This document shows positions 9,955-17,730 of a DNA stretch of 64,000 nucleotides, piece by piece; within the stretch, counting starts at the first letter, position 1, and every line of letters begins with the position of its first letter. The position numbers and the translations under genes are program-made. The notes below the pieces were generated by a model. The model saw only the letters and a program-made list of their open reading frames with translations, made no database searches and was not told the DNA's origin. The stretch comes from a virus (taxonomy: Duplodnaviria; Caudoviricetes), in IMG/VR virus record IMGVR_UViG_3300011116_001227; one strand, written 5' to 3'.

Positions 9955-11556
9955 TTATTTCGAATTAATTAATCCTGATATAATATTGGGTGAATTACCA
10001 AATTCTGCAGTCTTATTTCCGTCACCTCTAGCAACAGCATAAACTGCTGCAGTTGAAGCAAAAGAAGAAACCTGTTCAGATGTCTTTGACACGTCATCTG
10101 CACCAGTGACCGGATTGAATCCAACAGCATTCTTTCCTCCAACCTTGTTGGCATAAACATGTCCAAACCAACCGTTCTTGATGTTTGCTTTAGGATCCAT
10201 AACATAGAGCCAATTGCAACCGTCGGGAGTTGCGTCAGGCCACGCATTTCCTTGAAGTGGTGTATGAGGAGTATCGCCATATGCGACAAACGTCGTGTTT
10301 TGATCTAGCTTTTCTGTCACACTCTCAGGATCAGTCTGCTGTGACAGATAGTTGTAGAAGCCATTCAGGACCTTCCCTAGGTGTTTTGTGGTATTTCTGC
10401 CTTGGTTCATTAAGGTAGAATTATCAAATGTAACGTGGGGGTCTGTGAAGGTCGTGTCGGAGGTCGGTCCTGGGGATAATGCTACTATCGCAGTCTTCGA
10501 TAACCCAAGAGTAAATGCCTTAGCAACTACGATAAGAACTCTACCAAATTCTTCTATTTGATTTTTTTGAGAAGGCGTCATATAAGAAGAAGATGAAGCT
10601 GCACCGTCGAGCATCTCTTGAATTCCAAAATCAGATAAGTCTTGGCTTGTTGGAGTCAACTGCGAAGCAAAGTTAAGTCCAATGATTCGTGCTGCATTCT
10701 TTGTGACAGACATCTGAGGTAACCATGTAGATCGGCTAGAAGACTTTCTTAGTCCGACAAGTGCTTTATAATAGACCTCAAATAACTCCTGATCGTTTTT
10801 GCTGATTAGAGCAAATTGACTTGCTGCAGAATTAAAAAGATCGATCATTCCTGCAGAGCTTGGAACAGTTGCTACTTCAGGAGCACCTGGCGCTCTTCCA
10901 TACTTGACGGGATCTATTCCAAGGACAGGTACAATCGCGCCTGAACCTGCTGATCCGAGAGATGCAAGTGCTGCCACCATAGTAGAATTACCAGACAATG
11001 ATGTAGAAGAAGTTGGAAATTCTGTGTGTGTCTCATCCTTTCCAGACATGAAGGCAGAGACAGGATACTTTGGGGTTCCTGTAGAATGATCGAACCAAGG
11101 AGCATCAGGACCATAGAAGAAAGGTCTGTCACCGCCTGACCAACTCTTTACGCCAGCTGGAAGAGACGGAATGACATTTCCCTTACCTGATGTGTACGTT
11201 CCACGGTATCCGCTTCCCGGATTGTATCCGTACTGAGACGTATAGAGGTAAGAAGAAAATCCACCGAACTGCGATGTTAATCCAGGAACGTTGGCATTTT
11301 GACATGCCTTGAGACCAACATCAGCGACGGGCCACAGTTCTTGAAACCACGCCTGTGATCCATTTGGAGCTGGTACTATTAATGAACGACCAAATGTAGA
11401 TCCGGCAGCTTCAGCAAGTCCCGATCCACCCTCGTCTGATAAAAAGTTTAAAAGTTTACTTCTCTCAATTCCCACAGCAGCAGCAACAACTGTGCACATT
11501 TTTAGAAATGTTCTGCGTTGTTCTCCTCGAAGATCTTTTAATTTCCAGTTAGACAT
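9955..11556 (-). CDS. Tat-exported DUF1501/DUF1552-like protein, 533 aa
   Basis: Twin-arginine signal QRRTFLK followed by a hydrophobic stretch; C-terminal FTDPH and TFVAYGDTPHTP segments resemble the D-x-H and (G)EFGRTP regions of DUF1501-type proteins. Confidence 0.6.
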   Translation of the reverse strand: MSNWKLKDLRGEQRRTFLKMCTVVAAAVGIERSKLLNFLSDEGGSGLAEAAGSTFGRSLIVPAPNGSQAWFQELWPVADVGLKACQNANVPGLTSQFGGFSSYLYTSQYGYNPGSGYRGTYTSGKGNVIPSLPAGVKSWSGGDRPFFYGPDAPWFDHSTGTPKYPVSAFMSGKDETHTEFPTSSTSLSGNSTMVAALASLGSAGSGAIVPVLGIDPVKYGRAPGAPEVATVPSSAGMIDLFNSAASQFALISKNDQELFEVYYKALVGLRKSSSRSTWLPQMSVTKNAARIIGLNFASQLTPTSQDLSDFGIQEMLDGAASSSSYMTPSQKNQIEEFGRVLIVVAKAFTLGLSKTAIVALSPGPTSDTTFTDPHVTFDNSTLMNQGRNTTKHLGKVLNGFYNYLSQQTDPESVTEKLDQNTTFVAYGDTPHTPLQGNAWPDATPDGCNWLYVMDPKANIKNGWFGHVYANKVGGKNAVGFNPVTGADDVSKTSEQVSSFASTAAVYAVARGDGNKTAEFGNSPNIISGLINSK

Positions 11557-11569
11557 TTTTTACCTCGAT

Positions 11570-12604
11570 TCACTGACAAGAATGTGCTGCACTGAGAAGA
11601 GCAGCTACTGCGATAATCCTCTTTTTATTTAAATCGCTTAGATCATTTGGATTTGCTTTCTGAATAATTAAATTGCACAGAAGCATGTGATCATCCGTAG
11701 CTGCTTGTCCAATTAAGCAACTCACATTTTCTTCTACACAACTACCATCTGACACGTTAAACATTGGCTTGTTCTTTCCATTTAAAGTGCATGCAGGCGC
11801 TTTTGAAGGATCAGAAATATTTGTAATAATTTGAGGTGCAGCTTGAATAAAAATATCCATAATTTTCATTGCAGATGCAGTAGTATGTTCATCCTTTTCG
11901 CCTAGACGAGAATCAAGCTTAGGCACACCTAACGCATTCTTACCTGTATAATAAAGGTAACCAGGCGTTGAAATTTTAGTTACACAGTAACCATCTTTTG
12001 CGTCAGGAGAGTTGTTTCCGACGTCAAGACAAGTACGATTAATTTCGTTCTGCTTGTCATCCTGATTGCAGAAGCACGCTTCTCCGTTTGGACACAATGG
12101 ATCATTACCTTGTCCGGATCCGTTTGCGGTGGTGTCAGCCATTTCACAAGCTGAATTACCTCCGCCAAAAACGTTACCTAACGACTGAGAAGCACCAAAA
12201 ATTGTTACTTGCGTAGTTTTTAAATCAGAAACACTGCCTTGAGGAATTGAGGCTCCACGTGAACGCAACAAATTACCAAGCTGCGTATATGATAATTTAT
12301 GGCAGCTATGCAGTCTAGAAATAATTTCATCTGCAGCAGGAGGCTGATAAGATGGAACTACACTCATACCACCAGAACCATCTTGTGAAGATCCGCTCGA
12401 TGAAGAACTAGATGATGTTGAAACTAAAGAATTTGTTCCACCTGAGCCTGCCATAGAAGATGAAGATACAGATGACACTGCTTCCTGTTCAGGGCAATCG
12501 TATTCTTCAATATCTGGTGGAGTAGATCCACAAGCTAAAATTAATACAAACAGTGTTGCAAATCCAAATAGATTCTTGTTCATTTTAAAACCTCGTGAAA
12601 TCAT
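11570..12604 (-). CDS. Cys-rich putative lipoprotein with Ser/Gly linker, 344 aa
   Basis: Signal-like MNKNLFGFATLFVLILA-C; poly-Ser/Gly linker; more than 10 cysteines. Confidence 0.65.
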   Translation of the reverse strand: MISRGFKMNKNLFGFATLFVLILACGSTPPDIEEYDCPEQEAVSSVSSSSMAGSGGTNSLVSTSSSSSSSGSSQDGSGGMSVVPSYQPPAADEIISRLHSCHKLSYTQLGNLLRSRGASIPQGSVSDLKTTQVTIFGASQSLGNVFGGGNSACEMADTTANGSGQGNDPLCPNGEACFCNQDDKQNEINRTCLDVGNNSPDAKDGYCVTKISTPGYLYYTGKNALGVPKLDSRLGEKDEHTTASAMKIMDIFIQAAPQIITNISDPSKAPACTLNGKNKPMFNVSDGSCVEENVSCLIGQAATDDHMLLCNLIIQKANPNDLSDLNKKRIIAVAALLSAAHSCQ

Positions 12605-14063
12605 CTGAGACTAGAATTTCTCTAAACACTTTCTTTAAGTTATAGTTGTTAGACTTAAACATAACGACAAACTTCGACATTGTCATTAATTCTGGATTTG
12701 GATCATTTCGATCAGGCATACTAACCCAGTTTCTTCCACCGACTTCTGTGATATCTGATCTACCCATCGCATAATTCCACATCCTCTTGACGGCGCACTC
12801 AAGGACTTCATCATCCTTTGACATCTGCTGTCCTAACTCTGACAGACTAGATGCAGGTGCAGGTGTTTCTACGCCATTAACTTTCATAACCTTCTTCCAC
12901 GCAGTTCCATTCTGACCTCCATTAGGACACTTTGAAGGATCAATGCAAAGCCAGTCTGATAACTTTGCACGTGGTGATCCAGGAACAGGAACGAATACTG
13001 AATATTCTCCTGCACCTGTCAGCATCTGATAGACGCCTTTTGAATCGAATTGTGAAAATAGCGGTGCTCTATGATTCCACGTCGCATGACAGTTTGCACA
13101 CACGTTGGCAACGTTATAGGCATGAAAGTCAATTCTACCTCCGTTACATGCACCGGCAATTTCATCGACGGACCATTTATTTTGGTACCCAGGAATCGGA
13201 GTTCCACCGCTACAGGGAGGATTTTGTGGAGGAACATCAGTCGGCTCTCCTCCTGCCTGCTCATTTCCATTTCGACAAAGAAAAGTCTCGTGGAAGAATC
13301 GATTTCGCCTGAACGAAAGATTTCCAAAGAAGATACTTTGAACGCCTGGATCAGTTAAAATTCCTGACGACTTCATCCCGACTCCCATGTTGTTACAATT
13401 ACCGTCAGAGAACACGTGAGTCGTCTGATTGTATGTGGGACACGCGTTGGCATCTTGAGTCAGCAACAATCTCCAATCTTTTTCTTCATAGAAGATTCTT
13501 GCAGCTAATGTGGGGGCAGTCTCACGAGTCGGTTCACCCGGTGTAGTGGAGGGACCGGACATCTTGAAGGTGTAGCGATAAAAGTCCAACATGGTATCAG
13601 CAAAACGAGGATCTGCGAGCTTCTTATCAATGAGCTCTTCATACTTTGCCTTCTGTAGGTCTTTTGGCAAATCGCTCAGCTGATAGATTTCAGAAACTGT
13701 AGGTACGTCTCCAACAATCAGAAAACTCGCTGTTCTTAAGGCTTCTGAATAATCGACTTCTCTCTCGTCCAACTCTGTCTTTTCTAATTGAGGTTGATTT
13801 CCTGATCCTGTAGAAACAGTAGATGAGACTTCTGCAACAGTTGCAACAATTTCATTTCCTGAAGTTGTTGTAGAAGATTTTTCACTTGGAACTACAACTT
13901 CACCAGATCCTGTCGATGGAGTAGGACAGTACTTGTAAATCGATGCTGAAGTGTCACCTGAGGCTTTATTCGGATTAGGACGTTCACACCCGTAGAATAA
14001 GAACGCCATAGAAACAATAACAAAAAAACTACGTTTTAAGAATTTGTTCTTTTCTTCTGACAT
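12585..14063 (-). CDS. Putative lipoprotein/c-type cytochrome with DUF1549/DUF1588/DUF1585-like segments, 492 aa
   Basis: Signal ending FLFYG-C; LRTASFLIVGDVPT and YEELIDKKLADPRF (DUF1549-like), GILTDPG (DUF1588-like), a single CANCH heme-binding motif, CAVKRMWNYAMGR and YNLKKVFREILVSDDF (DUF1585-like). Confidence 0.65.
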   Translation of the reverse strand: MSEEKNKFLKRSFFVIVSMAFLFYGCERPNPNKASGDTSASIYKYCPTPSTGSGEVVVPSEKSSTTTSGNEIVATVAEVSSTVSTGSGNQPQLEKTELDEREVDYSEALRTASFLIVGDVPTVSEIYQLSDLPKDLQKAKYEELIDKKLADPRFADTMLDFYRYTFKMSGPSTTPGEPTRETAPTLAARIFYEEKDWRLLLTQDANACPTYNQTTHVFSDGNCNNMGVGMKSSGILTDPGVQSIFFGNLSFRRNRFFHETFLCRNGNEQAGGEPTDVPPQNPPCSGGTPIPGYQNKWSVDEIAGACNGGRIDFHAYNVANVCANCHATWNHRAPLFSQFDSKGVYQMLTGAGEYSVFVPVPGSPRAKLSDWLCIDPSKCPNGGQNGTAWKKVMKVNGVETPAPASSLSELGQQMSKDDEVLECAVKRMWNYAMGRSDITEVGGRNWVSMPDRNDPNPELMTMSKFVVMFKSNNYNLKKVFREILVSDDFTRF

Positions 14064-14075
14064 ATAGACTCATTA

Positions 14076-14082
14076 TAACTAT
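14076..14082 (-). promoter_or_regulatory. Putative late-promoter motif upstream of the exported three-gene module
   Basis: Minus strand ATAGTTA about 13 nt upstream of the ATG at 14063. Confidence 0.4.
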
Positions 14083-14140
14083 AAATTGAATGGTAAGATA
14101 AACTTTTAAAAAAATACAACATGTAATTAAGCAATTATTT

Positions 14141-14494
14141 TTAAGAATTTTTTAAAGTCAAATGAGATAAACGATGATGCTTCTTTCTAAGAACAAGAGG
14201 ATTGTCTTTGACGAGCCAGAATTCTTTCTCTAGCGGAGGTTCTTCTCCTGCTTTAAACCACATCAACTTTCTTCCGCAAGACGAAGAATATACGCCAATT
14301 ATCGTTATCTCTCCAGCATGAATTAGATCATGACACGTGTGACACACTATAGCCAAATTGTGATTGTCGTTGGAGCATCGAGGATCGCACCGCGGAATGA
14401 TGTGGTGAAAGTTCAACGCCGCAGACCGATCAAACCCACAGACCTCGCACTGTTTTTTGACGAGTTTAGGTTGATTTCTGCTGCGACGCTTCAC
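14141..14494 (-). CDS. HNH endonuclease, 117 aa
   Basis: CEVCG...FHHIIP...NDNHNLAIVCHTCHDLIH: classic zinc-bound HNH motif. Confidence 0.85.
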   Translation of the reverse strand: MKRRSRNQPKLVKKQCEVCGFDRSAALNFHHIIPRCDPRCSNDNHNLAIVCHTCHDLIHAGEITIIGVYSSSCGRKLMWFKAGEEPPLEKEFWLVKDNPLVLRKKHHRLSHLTLKNS

Positions 14495-14581
14495 TCGCTT
14501 TATTATACAATTCAGCGAAAATCTTAAATGAAATCAACGATACAATTATGACAACTCGTTCGCAGAAGGATATATAAAGAC

Positions 14582-15286
14582 ATGTTGTACGACAAGATTG
14601 TTCGTCGGCTGCTGAAAGAATCAAAGCTCGATTCATTCGCTCGTCAAATTAACAGAATGACGATGGACGGCATAAAAAACGTTATTTCTTCTAAATCGAC
14701 AAAAAGAAAAAATAAATTTCGATTTAAAAACGAAGCAACCGACAAAGATGGCACATCTATAGAGGTTGTCACTGACGTATTATTTCGCGAGAACAACAAT
14801 CGAGTGTCCGTAAGTGCCGGCTGGGACTGGCAAAATAGAGTAATGGACGTTCTCGTAAAAATTCCCGATGGAGTCGACAACTATAAAAATCTGCAAGAAA
14901 TTCAATCGAAGCTCTACGAAGCTATTAGACACGAGCTGGAACATTCCACACAAAGTGACGAAGAGGTTGATTCAGCAGAAGAAGCATATCACGACTTCGA
15001 ACAAGACAAATACGACATTGACGCGATTAAGAACTACTACTCTAACGAATCAGAAATACCTGCATTCGTTGCTGGTATTTATCACGCAGCAAAGCGTCTT
15101 CGAAAACCATTCTACCAATTAATGGAAGACAGGTTGGAAAAAATAAAGAAAAATATGAGCAAAAGAGCTGATGATATAGAACCCAGCTACATCAATTCAT
15201 CCGTAGAAGAAATAAGAACTGCGTGGAAAAATTACGCAAGTTTAAGATTTCCGAAAGCAGTCTTAAACAATACCTCAAATGATTAA
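14582..15286 (+). CDS. Putative zinc metallopeptidase-like protein (HExxH)
   Basis: AIRHELEH followed about 40 aa later by YYSNESEIPAF (third-ligand Glu region). Confidence 0.6.
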   Translation: MLYDKIVRRLLKESKLDSFARQINRMTMDGIKNVISSKSTKRKNKFRFKNEATDKDGTSIEVVTDVLFRENNNRVSVSAGWDWQNRVMDVLVKIPDGVDNYKNLQEIQSKLYEAIRHELEHSTQSDEEVDSAEEAYHDFEQDKYDIDAIKNYYSNESEIPAFVAGIYHAAKRLRKPFYQLMEDRLEKIKKNMSKRADDIEPSYINSSVEEIRTAWKNYASLRFPKAVLNNTSND

Positions 15287-15309
15287 TTAATTGTCTGGCG
15301 TAGCATGCA

Positions 15310-15399
15310 TTAAGAGTTAAGCGACGCGGACGTTCGTATCCGCAGATTTCACAATGGTCTTTTACACAATTTTTCTTTTCAACGTCTGCGTCGCTTCAC
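15310..15399 (-). pseudogene. Degenerate 5' fragment of an HNH gene paralogous to 14141-14494
   Basis: With one in-frame TGA, a +1 and a -1 frameshift it reads VKRRRR*KEKL/VKDHCEICGYER/ASLN versus VKRRSRNQPKLVKKQCEVCGFDRSAALN; both begin GTGAAGCG(A/T)CGCAG. Confidence 0.65.
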
Positions 15400-15436
15400 A
15401 AGAAAGATTATAAGCAAATTATCGTGTTGTTAAATT

Positions 15437-15460
15437 AAAAAACCGCAGCAGAGCCGCGGT
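15437..15460 (-). terminator. Intrinsic terminator downstream of 15486-15935
   Basis: Minus strand ACCGCGG-CTCTG-CTGCGGT stem-loop (one G-U pair) followed by a T run. Confidence 0.7.
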
Positions 15461-15485
15461 CTCTTAAAACACAAAGTGATTGTTC

Positions 15486-15935
15486 TCAGGTTCCGCTGAA
15501 TGTCATCGTTCCTGAAACTGCTGTCTGCAAGAAAGACTTGCCGTCGCAGATATAAGCTGCTGCATTGCCAAGAATCGCTTGAAATGTAGATTTGCTGCCG
15601 TGACCAGCATTGTTTCCTGTTCCCGCAGATCCAGCAAACACTAGAGTTCCAGGATCTTCTTGAGAGCCTGTAAGGACGTGTGCCGTTGCAGAAGCATTTC
15701 TAAAAACGAAAAGAGATCCTGGCACTGTCGCTGCAAGAGGCATTGTAACAGTAACAGCAGATGCGCCGCTGATTGTGTACACGCCGCCAGCAACGAGTGT
15801 TGTGTTTGATGTAATAGGCGTAATTGTAACGACTGGTGTTGATGCAAATGTAATTGCAGAATCAATCTGCACGCCTGTCTGACCGCCAATCTGATTGAAA
15901 CCTGATGTGTCGTCAATCTTAACTTTAATACTCAT
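15486..15935 (-). CDS. Putative virion structural protein, Thr/Ala/Gly-rich beta protein, 149 aa
   Basis: Composition and the TITPITSNTTL..GGVYTI..AVTVTMP pattern typical of fibre/decoration domains; AAGGAG RBS and ATATTTA motif upstream. Confidence 0.5.
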   Translation of the reverse strand: MSIKVKIDDTSGFNQIGGQTGVQIDSAITFASTPVVTITPITSNTTLVAGGVYTISGASAVTVTMPLAATVPGSLFVFRNASATAHVLTGSQEDPGTLVFAGSAGTGNNAGHGSKSTFQAILGNAAAYICDGKSFLQTAVSGTMTFSGT

Positions 15936-16029
15936 TGTGATTTTTCTCCTTGAATTTCCCCCACACTAAAATTGGGACACACTAAATATAGACTAGTCGA
16001 TTATTTAAAATAATTGTTCTATAGTCGAA

Positions 16030-16473
16030 TTATTTAGACATCATATAAGACTTGAATGCATCACTTCCAATAGCGTGATGCTTTCCTTCAATCTGATAAT
16101 AAAGATTCACACCGACGTTTAACGACCATTGCACCATCCAATTGAGAGTCTTAACGTCAAGTTTTCCCCCTGCTTCTGCAACCTCATAATGCGTGAGATC
16201 AGGTTGAGAAGGTAAAATAATTTTTGAAATTATGACTCCTGTTAAGTCAGGTCTCATCCACTCTGGAAAAGTTTCCTGCTCGGCGAGCCACGCGCAATTA
16301 TACGTTTTGCATACATCTGGACGACCTACATAATCAGTACATTTTCCTTTCGAGAGAAAGAAACAAGGACAACCTGGATACATGCTGTGACCTTTAATAT
16401 TAGCTGACAACCATCCTTCACAACACTTTGTGCATTCTCCACAAGTTCTATTTGCAATTTTTAATTGTTTCAT
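16030..16473 (-). CDS. YkgJ-like cysteine-cluster (CxxCxxCC) protein
   Basis: RTCGECTKCCEG...CFFLSKGKCTDYVGRPDVCKTYNC; start trimmed to the ATG at 16473 (MKQLKIANRT). Confidence 0.75.
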   Translation of the reverse strand: MKQLKIANRTCGECTKCCEGWLSANIKGHSMYPGCPCFFLSKGKCTDYVGRPDVCKTYNCAWLAEQETFPEWMRPDLTGVIISKIILPSQPDLTHYEVAEAGGKLDVKTLNWMVQWSLNVGVNLYYQIEGKHHAIGSDAFKSYMMSK

Positions 16474-16753
16474 CTGATTCCCAGTTTGATTTACCCACTG
16501 GATAACACTTGTAACATCTGCTGCCTCTTTCAAATGCTTGAAGAGTCTTTGGTTGAACTTCTCCACACTTCACGCATTCAAATTTGAGATACTGCTGTTG
16601 TCTTGATCTGTATTCTTCTAGATTTGTAATTAATTTAAACTCTTTTGATCTCTCTAATATTCTTTCTTCTATTGTTAAAGTTACCAACATTTTATTTTCA
16701 GATATTTTTTTAAGAGTCTCCTGGGTGTGGTGTCGACCATAAAAATGGTTTCC
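16448..16753 (-). pseudogene. Truncated NUMOD3/Zn-ribbon homing endonuclease remnant
   Basis: Upstream of and in frame with the track ORF is GNHFYGRHHTQETLKKISENK (NUMOD3-like) with no start codon; then CVKCG...CYKCYP..KSNWE, which stops before any nuclease domain. Confidence 0.65.
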
Positions 16754-16757
16754 GGGA

Positions 16758-16790
16758 ATACATTAACTGAATGTTTATAAACTACAAAGG
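16758..16790. repeat. 33-bp direct repeat, copy 1
   Basis: ATACATTAACTGAATGTTTATAAACTACAAAGG; one mismatch to 17642-17674. Confidence 0.9.
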
Positions 16791-16800
16791 ACATGTTGAT

Positions 16801-17628
16801 TCAAGACAGCTCTGCATCCTCCGGGGCGAGCATCACCACGAACCACCAATTGCGCTTCTCACAGAAAGCCTTCGCGGCGTCCCACTTGGCCTGGTCCACG
16901 GCGTCGTGGCGACCCTTCACCTCGTACAGGGTGCGGTCGTCAAATCCGTAGAAATCAGGAATGTAAGTCCGAGTGGTGCCGTCGGGGTGGGTATAGGGAA
17001 TCTGGATGCCGTGGTTCTTGGTGACGTGGTACTGGCGAGACACGCAGGCCTGGTAGAACGCTGACTCCCAAGACGAGTGCATGTGCTCCTCCTCGCCGGT
17101 CCACGGGCTGATCAGGGTCTCACGCTTGAAGGGAGCGTGCGGTCCGATCTTGTTGTCAGCCAAGAGCTGCACGGCACGAGCGGAGGCTTCTTGCCGGAGG
17201 ACGGGTGCGAGGGGCGACTCAGCCCAGAAGCGACGAATAGACTCTGTCTGTTTCTTTATTGCCTCAGGAGTTTTTGAAAGAGGATTCATCTTTTTTATTC
17301 TCTTTTTTGCTACATCTGGGTGTTTTGACATGAATTCTTTCATGTTTACAGAGTTCTTCCTCCCGATCTTCGCCTTCTCTTCTTCAGATTTGATTCTGCC
17401 ATGTGCGTGATGTCCGTGAATAAATCGGGTAAAATCCTTTAAGGCAATATTCCACTTATTTTTGGAACCACATCCACAAGCACAGTGTGGAGCTTGTCCA
17501 CCGTATTTCCACTTGAGCACGTATTCTTGCGCGTTGATCTTGTGACATCGAATGTGTCTTAAGACGAACTCTAATGAATCGAATTCAGTATTACACTCTT
17601 TACAGACATTGTCAATTTCAGTTAACAT
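16801..17628 (-). mobile_element. Free-standing homing endonuclease-like gene (C2H2 finger, NUMOD3-like helix, TnsA-type PD-(D/E)xK nuclease)
   Basis: CKEC...HIRCH; CACGCG; HAHGRIKSEEEKAKIG; HSSWESAF...RTYIPDF...YEVKG. Confidence 0.75.
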
Positions 17629-17641
17629 ATAACTATTATAT

Positions 17642-17674
17642 ATACATCAACTGAATGTTTATAAACTACAAAGG
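17642..17674. repeat. 33-bp direct repeat, copy 2
   Basis: ATACATCAACTGAATGTTTATAAACTACAAAGG; overlaps the base of the capsid-gene terminator. Confidence 0.9.
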
Positions 17675-17692
17675 CCACCTTTTGGGTGGCCT
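17672..17692 (-). terminator. Intrinsic terminator of the major capsid gene
   Basis: AGGCCACC...GGTGGCCT 8-bp stem followed on the minus strand by TTGTAGTTT. Confidence 0.8.
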
Positions 17693-17730
17693 CTGCAGAT
17701 CTTAGGCTATGAATTCAGATGATATTCATG

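Noticed and set aside
15290-15470. Possible tRNA in the GC-richer intergenic region
   Set aside because: No cloverleaf, T-loop GTTCRA in context or CCA end; better explained as an HNH pseudogene fragment plus a terminator.
16030-16566. The 178-aa track ORF as a single gene from 16566
   Set aside because: The first 31 codons overlap the endonuclease remnant in another frame; the YkgJ-like domain starts right after the ATG at 16473.
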